A stretch of DNA of 64,000 bases from contig MU619305.1 in the NCBI GenBank assembly GCA_025201805.1, forward strand, positions 3,839 to 67,838, given 5' to 3'. Below are positions 24,953-37,767 of this stretch, piece after piece (position 1 is the first letter of the stretch; the number at the start of each line of letters is the position of its first letter). The position numbers and the translations under genes were made by a program. The notes beneath the pieces are model-generated. The model had not been told where the DNA came from. It saw only the letters and a list, made by a program, of their open reading frames with translations, and made no database searches. This DNA comes from Parasitella parasitica NRRL 2501. Lineage: Eukaryota > Fungi > Mucoromycota.

Positions 24953-26119
24953 TTATAATTTTCTTGGAGGTATAGCACAAAATATAATAGTACATATTAC
25001 AGAAATTATAATGCTTGTTGTCAATAGCCAAATTGATCTTGATCTAATGATGCGTTTCACTTGAGGCTGTTTAATTGTGTTGAATTTGAACGTTGTGGTT
25101 TCGCTATAAGATCATCAAATTAGACCAAAAACACATGTGTGTCATAGACAAATATATAACTGTACCTTCTATTGAAGACAAGAGCCCAAATCGGATCTAG
25201 ACCAGTCAAGAATATCAAAATGTTTAATATGCCAATCCAAAATGGCAGCAAAACCTATAAAACATTTGGTTCATAAACAATGAAATCATGTATTAAAAAA
25301 TAAAAAAAGGGTGTTTCTTACCCAGAATCGAACACCCCATTGCGGATAGCCTAAAAAGATCAAGCTGAGAGAAGTCGTCAGAGCAGCCAACAAACAGACT
25401 AACCCAATAACTAAACGGCCCAATTGTTGGTATAATGTAACATTTCCCCATACTTTCAATCTGAGGAACTTTGGATATGCTTGCAACTGCATGTAGTCAA
25501 ACAAATATTCTTTGGCTTCTTTAAATAGTAGGGGATCGTTGCGAGGGTCTGGTTTCTCCAACTCGCTTCGAAGTGCAGTAACCAGCTCAGCCGGCAATTG
25601 GGTGATTTCTTTTGTGGCAGAAGGTACGAGATAACGAAGTAAAAGTCTTTGTGATGAGTCAACCAAATCTTTACGACTAGAGGCTGATCTGGCATTGAGA
25701 TTATCTGTGGTTGTTGAGATGGAGGAGCCTAGAGAAGGTATAGTCGCTGACATTGGCGCATTGAGGCTTTGTGGAGGTTGGGGAGAGGGTGATGAAGGTG
25801 TAGGAGAGACTGGATGACCATTAGTGCTGTGTGATAGTCGACTTATGACGCGAGGTGAATGGTAGCCTTCGCTCAAATCACTTTCTGACAAATGTCCACT
25901 ACGATGCATTGCTTTGGCATATTTTTTCCACAAGAGTTCATGATGCTGTAAATCCAAATAAAAATCCAGCACCTCCTCCATCTTGAGCCTGTCTCTCATG
26001 ATGATGTAAAAGTTGTACAGACAAACTGGTGGGAGCGTTTTTCTTGTCAAAACCTGATCTAGCGTCGGTAAATCATCGTGCTTATCCTGTTGACGAGGAT
26101 ATTGTTTCTCTGCGGACAT
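24953..26119 (-). CDS. RAX1: Rax1-like RGS-domain membrane protein, spliced (ATG abuts an assembly gap)
   Basis: LPTLDQVLTRKTLPPVCLYNFYIIMRD...LDFYLD, RGS core, C-terminal TM segments, GLDPIWAL. Confidence 0.8.
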
Positions 26120-26309
26120 TNNNNNNNNNNNNNNNNNNNNNNNNNNNNNNNNNNNNNNNNNNNNNNNNNNNNNNNNNNNNNNNNNNNNNNNNNNNNNNNN
26201 NNNNNNNNNNNNNNNNNNNNNNNNNNNNNNNNNNNNNNNNNNNNNNNNNNNNNNNNNNNNNNNNNNNNNNNNNNNNNNNNNNNNNNNNNNNNNNNTTACG
26301 CGAAGAAAA

Positions 26310-27121
26310 ATGCCAAAGATACCTGTCAACAACAAAGAAAAATGCCAGCGTAATAAATCGAGATTTGTTTGTATATCTGATACACATGGAAAGACTGCAT
26401 TCGACATTCCGGCCGGTGATGTTCTCAGTACGTAGAGTACTCGCGAGGGTCACATTCATCCATACTCATCAAGCATCTTGTATATGTAGTTCATGCTGGA
26501 GATATATCAAAGAAAAGCACCTTTCAAGAATTCAGCGAAACAATCCAGTGGCTCTCTACATTGCCTCACAAGTAAGCAAAGCTTTGACTGATAGTACGTG
26601 CAGTGGCTCATTTTTTGTAAAGAATCAAAATCATCACAGGCGGAAACCATGATCATTTCTTGGATGAGCAGTTTGGATACGTTGAAAGGAAACAAGCCAT
26701 TCTGGCACTGATGGAAAAGCATAAAATCACATACCTTGAGCATGAAGAATACCGATTGCCAGAATCTATGGGTTTATTAACGCTGTTTGTTTCGCCGTAT
26801 GCTCCTGTTCATTTAGGCGGTGCTTTTATGCTCGACGACATGTCTTCCATTTGGAACGATATTCCACCGGTGGATATTTTAGTTACTCATACCCCACCTT
26901 ATGGCTATGGCGATAAGATTATTCGAGGAGGACGTCATGTCGGTTGCCAGTTTTTACGAGATAGAATAGACCAGGTTATTCACCCCAAAGTATGTGTTTT
27001 TGGACATATTCACGAAGCGCATGGCCACACCTTCAATGAGGAGGGTCGACTATTCATCAATGCTTGTCTATGTGACCATCGCTACAGAGGCAATCAGTTG
27101 CCAATTACCTTTGACCTATAA
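26310..27121 (+). CDS. Calcineurin-like metallophosphoesterase (MPPED-like), spliced
   Basis: RFVCISDTHG, IHAGD, GGNHD, DILVTHTPP, VFGHIHE. Confidence 0.9.
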
Positions 27122-27231
27122 ACTTGAATATTGTGCAACGCTAATTGTACAAACTCGCTACATGTAGAAAAATACCCTGCCCCCCCCCCCCCTTCATACA
27201 ACTTTTTTAATTTTTTATATTATTTGCCACA

Positions 27232-28681
27232 ATGTTGAATCATTTAAAACCTCAACAGAAAAAGAACAAGCGATTAAATTGGCTCAGATTTATTGTATAT
27301 TTCATTGTGGTGTTTGTATTGTATCAGCTTTTCAAAATCATATACCATTCTGTCCTTCCAACAGCGCAAAATGAGCCTATTCATGACCACAATCTAATTT
27401 ATCGCTCTCAAAAAAGCAAGAACCTGAAACAGCAAACCGTTTTGACATTGTTTGAAAACGACAACCAAACGTACCTTGACTTTCCTTGGTACCAGACGCA
27501 GCATACAAGACCACAATACAAGCCAAACAGCACGTTAACGACGCTGACTATGTCTGTCAAGGAACGACTAGTACATCAGCAAAAGGCGGTACTCCAAGCA
27601 AAGAAACTGGCTTTCAGAAAGTTTGTCCCTGAAGAGTATAAAGGTATTCGAGGCAGCTCTTTGACGACTGGGGAGGAAGCATCAGAGTTCAGACGAAAAG
27701 TCGAATGTTGGACAAGAGGGACATGGGTAAAAGAAGAGCAAGCTGGCCAGGTTTTCAACTTGAAGCACATTCAGGACCCCTTGTACAGCTCTTGCGACAA
27801 TCAGTTTTATAAAACACACAGTGCTGTAGAGCAACGAGAGGCCACCAAGTATCGGTGGGAACCAGAATCAGATAGCTGTCCTTTATCCACCCAGGTGGAA
27901 TCAAAAAAGTGGTGCCGAAGTCTGAAAGGCAGAAATATGCTGCTGGTTGGGGATTTAGTGCACTACCAGTATCATGAGCTGCTGTTGGACGCCTTTAGAG
28001 ATGACCCAACCGTTTGTTTTGGCGAATTGAATTGCAAAGGTAGTTGACGTTTTAACATGGCATGAATTAATTAAGCGTTAACATCGCCTTAAATGCACGT
28101 CAGATCATACCATCTGTAAAGCGCCAAAAGATACCAGGCTTCGATACGTCCGAAATGATGTGCTTTCCACTATTCGCAAATTTCAAAACAGAGACGCAGG
28201 ACAGCCTTTAGCCAATGTGGTAGAATGGCCATTCGTTACATCCAATATACTATCATCGTATCCAGTGCTGTTGCTTGGTCGGTCTGCCATGTTGGGTGAT
28301 GATGATCTATTGTTTACAAGACGCTTGATCCACACCCTCAAAGTGATCCGAGAAACTTCGCCTGATGCTCTTGTTGTTTACAAATCCTCGGCTATAGGCC
28401 ATCCATTCTGCGATGACGCTGTTTCGCCTTTACCCAAAGAATTGTCAGATCAAGAGCTAAAGAGGCTGCCGTACGGTTGGAGCGAATCCAAGAGGAGAAA
28501 CGCCATTGCAAAAGCAGTTGTGGAGGCCGCAGGCGGACTTTACGTTGATTTGGCTGCCATGGTTGATTTACGGCCTGATGGGCATGTAGGAGGCCAAGAC
28601 TGTTCAAGATACTGTATCCCAGGACCTCTGGATGCCACAGTCCAAGTTTTATACAACGTATTTTTGGGTTTATTAAATTAA
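27232..28681 (+). CDS. Type II membrane PC-esterase/TBL-like SGNH protein with degenerate catalytic motifs (2 exons)
   Basis: N-terminal TM helix; CWTRGTWV, KYRWEP..C, LKGRNMLLVGDLVHYQY, RPDGH...DCSRYCIPGP. Confidence 0.8.
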
Positions 28682-29792
28682 ATCTTTTTAGATTTCCTCC
28701 TGTGAGGCGTATTGTTTTTATCGCTAGTTTTAGAGCGAGCAATCATTTCATTAATGGCCTCGTTGTTTTCAATGATAACTACAGGATTCTTGCCTCTGTG
28801 GCGGTGTGGTTGTGTGTTCGTCTTTGGTTTATAAGTGCTTTGGTAGAAATTAATGAATAGCAGCAAGTAGGAACTTAGCAATGCACAGCCGAACATAGCA
28901 GATTCCTCTGTTCCAGCACAGCTACCCCAATCCGGAAACCACGGCAGATATGTGTAGCTAAAGTAAGTATAAGTGCAAAAATAGACAATGCCCAGATCTA
29001 GTATGAACTGTGTAATTTGAAGCGTTGTCAAGTACTTTTTCCACCACAACTTGGCTCCAGTGGTAGTGCGAAAGTAGTAATAGTACATCAGTACGTGCAC
29101 CATCAAATTGAGGGTAATCGGGACCCAAGAAACTGTTGTTTGGCCATCCAGCTGAGTATAGCACAGCACCATCGTTAAACTATGGTGGTAATAGTGCAAA
29201 AACTCTGCCATTTAAGGGTAATCAGAACTCTGCTATTTTTTTTTTTTTTTTTTTTCGTTTGGGTGAATTGGCATACACACATACCAAGCTTCTTCTTTTT
29301 CAACACTAGAAATATGGTATCGATCAATTCCCAATACTTGACCAAGTAGTTTAAATAGTACAAAAGCTCCAATTTTTGTGTCCAGTTTCTAGGAGAACAA
29401 ATTGCATACAACAGGCCATGGTGGTATAGTTGGGGAGATATTTGCTCTATAATCAATGCCAACAAAGCACTAGAAACAAGCGTCAGTAAAAGATTGTGCA
29501 GTTGAAACAATGTCTGCAATTTCAGAGGTGAGCGATTCTTCATTAGCTCTTGGCCACCAAATATGATGATGAAATAAGCAATGCAGGACAAAATTACTGA
29601 TGGAATGTCAGATTTTCCAATAGCATTGGCAGTGCAGTCAATATTGAGCTATCTACCTTCTTTGTTGGTTGATAACGGTGTTTTCCCAGACATAAACCTA
29701 AATGCGGATGCTCGTTTTCCTGTAACGAGTCGATAAAACGACTCAAAATAGGGATAAAGATCAAGTCCAAAAGGCGTTTCTGCTGAAATCAT
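28678..29792 (-). CDS. ELO (GNS1/SUR4) fatty-acid elongase, 3 exons
   Basis: LHNLLL, YLVKYWELIDTIFLVLKKK, FLHYYHH, NLMVHVLMYYYY, TTLQITQF; C-terminal KSKKI ER-retrieval-like tail. Confidence 0.93.
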
Positions 29793-29942
29793 ATTTCGCA
29801 ATCAAGGCTATGTAACCAGACGAAAAGAAAGATAATCATAATAATCAACACAAAAGAAACCATGGTGAATACAATGCGCCGAGATCAATTTATTATTTAC
29901 CGTGTTCATTACAACTGTATACCTTGCAACAAACAAAAAGGC

Positions 29943-30490
29943 CTATTTATCTTGGTGGTAGCGTTGTGATTCAAGATATTCTGACCAATTGATGAGACCA
30001 CTATTTTGAATGATGATATGCTTTTAGATGTTTATCCTATACCTCTTTTTCAAGAAAACTTACTCTCCGTTAAGATCATCTTCTTTTAATACATGATCCA
30101 CCATTTCTGTCACCTCTTCTAGCGACAGATACTGCGTAGCATCTTCATGTTCATCGCCGAAATCCGTAAAAGCTGCCCGTAGCTCATGGCCATCCAAGAA
30201 ACCATCCCCATTCACGTCATGAATCAAAAACAAATAGTAGATAACATCTTCATCATTTAAATCATCAGGGATATCTTGTGAACTATCCAGCGCTAATGAC
30301 TTTAAATGCTCTCGTATATGGCTGTGTGATATATCGTTATTAGTTAACAGCAAATAAAGAAAAGATGAGAAGCTTACGCTTTGTTGTCTTTATCGTCTCC
30401 GTAGTTTGAATGGTCTTGGTTCATGAACTCAATGGCATGGACTAGGTAAATTACGACAAGTAAAAGTAAAAACACACATTTATCCTGCAT
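29943..30490 (-). CDS. Secreted two-EF-hand protein, MCFD2-like
   Basis: Signal-like N-terminus MQDKCVFLLLLVVIYLVHA; YYLFLIHDVNGDGFLDGHEL; DHVLKEDDLNG|.GLINWSEY. Confidence 0.75.
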
Positions 30491-32005
30491 TTTTGTTTGT
30501 ATTGCTTGTTTGTATGAGGGAAAAAACTTATACTCTCACGAATGGCTAATTTCATTATTAGACAGCTTTGGGTCTCCGGTTAGATGAGGTGCTTGTTAAT
30601 TTCACAAAGGCTTCGAAATGAGTTATTTAAGTACAAATCACATCCAAGATTTAAATATACACATGATAAACGCATTAAATAACAAGCTATTCCACCCCTA
30701 AGAAGGAGTGCATAGAGAAATATGCGTCATAATAAGCAAAATGAAAATTGGCGGGAAATTTTCGTCCAAATCATGGTGTTCTGTCCATGTAGCTGAAAAC
30801 GTATTTACATGTTATAATGCAAAAGCTCATGACGGCACTTTTTCGCAAGCACTATTATGTCATTATGCAAGAAATACGCTCACAAGAAAATTTTGTAGAT
30901 TTGCGACTAATGCATCTGATAACATTCTACTACTACAATTGGATCAAGACCCCAATCAAAGAAAAACATTTAGCTTTATTTGATGGCCCTGAAACAGATT
31001 ACCAATTGGCTTTTTACTTTATTATTAGAATAACGTGCCTGTTTCGCCAAATTAGTAAAGAAAAATGTCAAATAGTCATTTTTACTAGGTTCTGAACATT
31101 GTCAAGTAGACCAAACAGTTTCTTTCGTTTATTAGAATCTCTGTTTTATTCCATTTTCCATAAGAGGTTGCGTTGCCAGACTTTCAGACTTTTTACCAAG
31201 GTATGTGGCAATAAGAATGGATTAGATTTGTGGAATTCGTTATAATTTTTAGGCTCTTTAAGTTAATGGTTTTTTTTNNNNNNNNNNNNNNNNNNNNNNN
31301 NNACAAGTTTTGCGGAGACTTTTTCTTGTAAACAGCATCATCCATCATTGTCTAGATAATAACAACAGTACCGATTCATGGTTTTTGGATCACAATTTCT
31401 CTTGTAGTTCCGTATCCAGTCTCAGGGCGGATATTTGTGCTTTGTGCAACTTTTGAATACTCTGCATGTATCTGACCCATGATTTCGGCCATCTTTTTAT
31501 TGAAACTTTATTTCGTGTATCATGAAAGAATGAATGTTGGGCTTATATGGTATATTGCGTATTATTTATTGGAATCATTTGGCAGCTGATGTAGATCGTC
31601 TACGGTACATTTTGTTAAAGCATTCAAAGAATCATCATCAACACGAAAATGCAGAAGCTGGTAGAAGAAAACTTTTGATACATGTATATTTGTTACATTC
31701 CTATCATTTATAATTTTAGCAATTCGTTACAGCACCTATACTATCCTACATAAATTCATGAATTACTGGCAGTTTATTGTTAAATGTACAAAAATATTGA
31801 GTATATAGATATGGAACTATTGCAAATTGATACTCTAGACATAATGATAAAATAATTGGTATATTGCTAAGATTGTATATAAGAAAAAGAAGGGATGTAG
31901 ATTACAACAGAAATGTAATAGGTTGTATATATGTATATTAAAATAAAATCGCATAAATTCGAGTCAATCGCTTTATGATAAGGTTCAATTGGCGGCCACG
32001 TATGT

Positions 32006-32152
32006 TTAATTATCATCGGCACTGCGAGGGCAGTGGTCTTCATGAGAGAACTGAGTAATGTCAACACCGCATTTGGGACAAAAGCTGTAGCAGCTTTGGC
32101 TTGTGATCTTGTTTGAGTTGACAAGAATTAAAACGTTGGCTAAAGAGTTCAT
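32006..32152 (-). CDS. 48-aa Cys/His microprotein (below the ORF-track cutoff)
   Basis: MNSLANVLILVNSNKITSQSCYSFCPKCGVDITQFSHEDHCPRSADDN*; aacaacATG context; TATAAAA ~65 bp upstream. Confidence 0.55.
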   Translation of the reverse strand: MNSLANVLILVNSNKITSQSCYSFCPKCGVDITQFSHEDHCPRSADDN

Positions 32153-33164
32153 GTTGTTTACTAATTAAATAAGCAAGAAAGAAAAGTAAAAGACAAAAGA
32201 ATCCAATGGAGGTTTTATACAATTATATAATTAACTTTTTGTGTGTGCATTTGTTGAATCTGCTGATTTACCCTGTCCATTTCTTCTTTCCCCCCTTTTC
32301 CCCTCTCACTCCATTATAAAGTGCACAAATAAGCTTCCGTTTTTTGATTAAAAAGGGAGCTTATACCATTTAAATAAAAACCAAGCTTGTAATGATATCT
32401 TGAAACGTTTTTTTTTTATGGTTTTTACCAATCATTCACCATAAAAAAAAGCGCAAACAACATTATCAGACGATGTTTACTTATGACAGCATGTATATAA
32501 GATTGTGTACATACTTTATTTATATTTAGTACACCCAGCGTTGAGCTAATTGCTCTTTCGTCGGATGAGTGCTGTTCTTTGTAGTTAGTTTATTCTTTCC
32601 CCTTGTACATTTGGCCTCCTATGAAACATTTTCATATATACCGTGTATTTGAGCATGCGTGTTGCTGTGCCACGCCAAGTGTTACACATTTGGTTTCATT
32701 GAGCCACAATTGTCTTCAATCAATATGATAACTATGTATATCGTCAATTGCAATTTATAAATATAATCATAGATTCATTAACAAACTTCAATTTGTATTT
32801 TATACATATATATTGTATAAAGCAATAAACCACTTTAGAAGTGATCTCAGCGAAAAAGCTTAAAGTGCCTTCATCCCGGAGCCACAACTGAAAATGTCTA
32901 TAATAATGTCAGAAGGAGCTGAATATATTATCAAATAGTAAAAGAAAGTGCACCTGACGCATAAAAACAGGAGGAAAGCCTCCATAAAAAAAATGCTCTC
33001 AAATGATTCGTTTTCATGCGGATCAAAGAAAAAAATTTCAGGGCAAACAACTTTTTTCAGGTTGCAATTTATCAAACGTTAGCATCGATCGGCAAACAAC
33101 ACAACGAGTACTAAAGTGAATTGATTGTTTAGATGTAACACTGTAAATTTATTGTTTCTTTGGT

Positions 33165-34416
33165 TTAAACAGAGGCTTGAATGGCGGGTTCAACAAAATC
33201 TTTGGATGCCTTGGCACCAGTGTCATCACCAGCAGCGGCAGCACCACCATGAAGAGCCAAGAGAGCAGAGACATCAAACTTGGGTGCCTTGAGAATCTTG
33301 ACTTTGCGGGTGTAAGTGTTTTGGAGAGGGTAGATACCTTGACAGGCCTTCTCAATACGGACGGCAATGGCATCTTGGGCAGATTGAGAGGCAGAGGAGG
33401 TAACCTTGGCAACCAATTCCTTAAGGTCACAAGTAACGGCTTCCTCAGTCATGATCTCAAACATCTTTTTACGGATTTGGCGGATTTGAGCCGATTGAGC
33501 ATAGGTAGTCTTTTTGATTTGGTTGCGACGGCGAGAAGTGAAGGAGACGGCAAAAATACGAACAAGATAACCATCGGTGGTCTTGATATCAACGAAAGCC
33601 TCAATCAAAGATTGCCACTTCTTGACCATGGAACGGAGCTTGTCGGTGGTCATGTCCATGCGGTAAAAGTTGGTGAGACAGTTCTTGCCTTGGATTTCGT
33701 CAACCTTCAATTGGATCTTACGGAAAGAACGAGACTCGTCTTTGGAGAGATCACCGAGAGACATCTCGACAACACGACCATTGAGAGAGTCGTTGGCGTT
33801 GCGGAGACCCTGAGTACGATTGACAAGAGTCTTACCGACTTGGCGAACATCAAACATGGAAGGAGCTTTGATGTCATACCAATCCTTGCGGGTGAAAGGG
33901 TCAACGCTACAAGAACATAAGTCTATCTATCCTAATACTAATGAATCCCTTAGATTGAACGCATGCATGTGTAAAGTCAAAAAATCCAGTGTCCCTTTGC
34001 TGTTGATCTTGCAATTTATTCTCTATTTGAGCTCGATGATTTTGTTGGATTAGTGTTGAATATTTCTATTCTATATTGTAAATCAAATTTCCAAAAGGCG
34101 CATTTATATTAGTTTTAGCTTCTCCAATGTCGAAACAAAATAAACTGAATAGAAGTGTTCCACATGCATACTATCAAAATTAAGGCTTCATAATATAATG
34201 TATACTTACATCTTCTTCTTCAAACCCTTCTTTCCTTTACTAAGACGCCTATTGAACACAAGAAAAAATCAGTTAGGTGTCCAGAAGTATATTAGAAAAG
34301 AAGAATATTTTCTTACTTGTTCTTGCCAACAGCTAATTCGATGCAATAAAAAAATATGATTGATTAGTTTCGATGGATGGATGGATGGATGGACAGTCGA
34401 TATGTGTATTACCCAT
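33165..34416 (-). CDS. RPS1: 40S ribosomal protein eS1 (S1/S3a), 4 coding exons
   Basis: Exons 34416-34413, 34332-34317, 34248-34210 and 33906-33165 give [35 protein letters not shown]... Confidence 0.96.
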
Positions 34417-34734
34417 GATGTCGTATGGATTAAAAAGAAGGTTTGATATGCTGTACAGTTCTTCCGGCCACTTTCAAAAAAAATTGCTCGCTTGTGTGGA
34501 GCGGTTTCCTCGCCACCTTTTTTCTGTGCCCGATGGGTACCTACTGCATACACTACAATCCGACTCTGTTGCCAATATTTTTTTTATTACCTCGCTGAAA
34601 GTTCATGTACGAATACATGGGATGTAGATGTTAATTACAGTAAATGATCGCTTGGTCGTACCTCATAATTTATACTTGACCGCCTAGTATAATGGTTGAA
34701 ATATGCAACCAAATTAAATCAATCAAATACGTTT

Positions 34735-35456
34735 ACAAGTACGTGTTGAAAGGGCATGACAGACCCCAAGTATGTATGAGAACAAACGGTGAAGAAGGTG
34801 GAGACGAAATTAAAAACTTTCTTGATGCAAGATATCTGTCTGCCTTGGAAGCATTTTGAAGTTTACTTTCTTTTCCGATGCATAAAGAATTCCCTACAAC
34901 TCAACATCTTGATATTCATATCGAAGGAGATCGCTTGGCTTATTTTGATGATGATGATGATAGTTCAGAAGGCGTTGTTAATGAAGAGCTATCTGAATCA
35001 ACGTTGACTTCATGGTTCAAGCACAATTCGAGCCATCCTGATGACTTGGAAGCCAGAATTACCATTTATCATAACTTATGTGAGCGGCACACATTTTATA
35101 AACAGCAAAATCCCAGAGTTTGGAGCACAAGACGCTCAAACATTGAGAAATTCCATCTGCGAATCCTTCTCTACCATATTCCTGGTGCAACCTCTTTTGT
35201 TGACTTGCAAACATACAATGGTGAAGTGTATCCTTCCTATCAAGTTACAGCAAGAGCAATGGGCCTTTTTGGAGACGATAATGAGTCGTCAGCCACAATA
35301 ACAGAAGCAAGCTCTTACACATGCATCCTCGCAATCAACGTCAACTGTTCTGTGTTTTGTTTGTTTCCAGTGATGTATCTAATCCATATCAATTATGGCC
35401 GGATCATAGATCTCATTAAACAGAAGACCATCTGGACCAAAAATAGAAAGAAGTAA
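34735..35456 (+). mobile_element. Helitron RepHel fragment (frameshifted)
   Basis: KGHDR...DEIKNFLDARYLSA...FPMHKEFP...STLTSWFKHN...EKFHLRILLYHIPGATSFVDLQTYNG...ARAMGL: typical RepHel segment between the Rep and Pif1 domains. Confidence 0.85.
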
Positions 35457-36642
35457 ATCAACTCACTTCTTCTCTTTGGCCTCCCCCCTCCCCCGCAACA
35501 ACTCTCATTCCACTCGTCCAAATTATGGGTGTTGAATGTTATCTGTATCTTACACGACAAGTAAAAGATTTTTGCGTCTTGGAAACCGTTGATTATATCA
35601 CCTTCACCGTAACACTGAAGGCATTCAAAGAAAACAGCACTAGGAAATCATCTAGCAAGATGGGCGGCATCCTCGCCAAAAAGGAAGGAGAAAAAAAAAA
35701 GTAGCCATTTGTGCCATGGTTTGGCCTTCGGAAGAAGATATTGAGGAGAATGAAGAAGGGCGTTTGGGCATTCAATAATTGCGGCTGTAGAAACAGAATA
35801 CTACTTGGGAAGCACCTATTTCTCTATACTAAAACCGTATCACCAAGAAGGCCAACGTAGATCTAGATTTGGACCACTACACGAGGTCGAGTGCTTCACA
35901 GCTATGTTTTGGCAAACCGCCATGACTTGGTTCATCGTTTACTTTAATGCCATCGATATCTAAGTACTAATGGTAATATTTTTCTTTACCTTCCTTAATG
36001 GTTTAGATACAAAAGACTAGAGCTCTCATCAAATGTCATCTATGAGGACTGAAGACACTCTAATTCTGGAGAAACCCCATTAGGCGCTGGAGTGGTCACT
36101 GATTATACCGATATTGTACATACGCTTTATTATAGTAAATAAAATTATTGGCCTTATATCGCATCTATCAAAGCAGCAATAGTATTGCTAGCCTAATATT
36201 GATTACAATGCTTACTTGGAATTGTGAGCAAAGTGATGGTCACAGTGATTTTGCATCCGGAATCATATAGACAATACAATAAAACGACAGCAATGTTCTA
36301 CATAATAGCAGAGAATTTTAAGGGTATAAAAATTACCTAGTAAACTATAATACCATATCATGAGGTACTCTATAAATTCTAGTAATGAACTCCCACAACA
36401 AGCTATAAGATCAAAAAAAAAAATATAGTCACTGTTATTTGTGCCCTTGTAGGGGACACCGCTTCCATTAAATAGACTCGGAAAGGACAGCACTGTACCT
36501 TCTTCACAGACACAGAACTGACTGCTTCCAAACCTATTTCAACTAAAGATATCGCCTACGGAATGAAACAAATATTAAAAAATTCTTTCGACTTCCCTTT
36601 TCGCTCTCTCTTTTCCTCTATTCTTTACTCGAAAAGTTTGCC

Positions 36643-37767
36643 ATGGCTGACGGTAAGATGAGAAATCAATGGAGTACATTGTTCTAACTTCTTATATTTT
36701 TTTTTCTCTGTTATGCAGATCCAAAATATAGACAAAAATATAAAGAATTGAGAAAGCGTATTCGAGAAATAGAAGAGGTACAAGTACTATCGAATCAATT
36801 CATTATGTACTGATGCGGCTTGGTGCTAGGAAAATGATGTGCTAAACATAAGATTGTTCAAAGCCCATAAAAGCATTCGTCACCTCAAATTGGAAAGAAC
36901 GTAAGCTGTAATTAACGGCATCATTGGGAATTCATGGCTAATTGGACAAGATAGCTTCTTGCTTGATAGAATGGATAAATCAAACCATAATCCTCTCGAC
37001 TACAACAGCGACAACTCGGATGTGGGTTCTGATATCTACTCTCATGATGAATCAGATTTGGTAAATTCTACGGTTTTTAATATGCCTTGAGTGTTGACCT
37101 AACCATCTTGTCGTCAAAGAATTTGCACAAGATCCACAGCAGCCATAAACTTGATGGTCGTAGTCGAATCGAGAGATCAGCAGCTAATAAACCACAACGT
37201 AAAAAGAAAGATCCCAACGCGCCAAAGGGGCCAGGCAACGTCTTTTTCTTGTACTGTAGATTGGAGAGAGATAAGGTTAAAGATGAATTCCCAACAGAAA
37301 ATTTGGGCGAGGTTACAAGATTGCTTGGGCAGCGATGGAAAGGTCTTACAAAAGATGAGAAAAAGGTACTATCGATTGGCTTTGTAGTATTGTCCCTTAC
37401 TGAACCAATATTTAACGGCTAGAAATATTATGACATGTACAAGCGTGAACTTGACGAATATGAAGAAGCAATGAAAATATACACTCTAAATGGTGGACTT
37501 GCTACTGCTGGCAGTGTTATCTCAGCAGATGTAGGTGGTTCTCAAGATATAAGCGAATCCGTTGATGCTGGAATAGCGTCTATCACGTCTTCGCCTGCAC
37601 AATCTATTGAAATGTCTATGGATTTTCCAAGTGATCCTGGCCATCAACATCATGATTCACCTGATGTAGGCTCTATCATAGATGACGATGATAATAAGGA
37701 TATACCCCAATCTGACATATATCATACGTCTGACCCGATGATATCTAGCTGGCAAGGAACACTTTAA
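36643..37767 (+). CDS. HMG-box protein with N-terminal coiled coil, Nhp10-like (INO80 subunit), spliced
   Basis: MAD|DPKYRQKYKELRKRIREIEE|ENDVL...LKLERT; KKDPNAPKGPGNVFFLYC...LGQRWKGLTKDEKK|KYYDMY. Confidence 0.8.

Noticed and set aside
26029-26652. ORFs spanning the N run (also the 373-aa version of Rax1)
   Set aside because: Artefacts of translating through the assembly gap at 26121-26295.
31867-32124. 85-aa ORF from the track
   Set aside because: Non-ATG start; the overlapping 48-aa ATG frame is better supported.
33177-33920. 247-aa plus-strand ORF
   Set aside because: Antisense shadow of the codon-biased RPS1 exon.
36643-37767. HMG-box gene as the Mucorales sexM/sexP mating-type gene
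   Set aside because: Multi-exon with an N-terminal coiled coil and an HMGB-type DPNAPK box; no flanking triose-phosphate transporter or RNA helicase genes.
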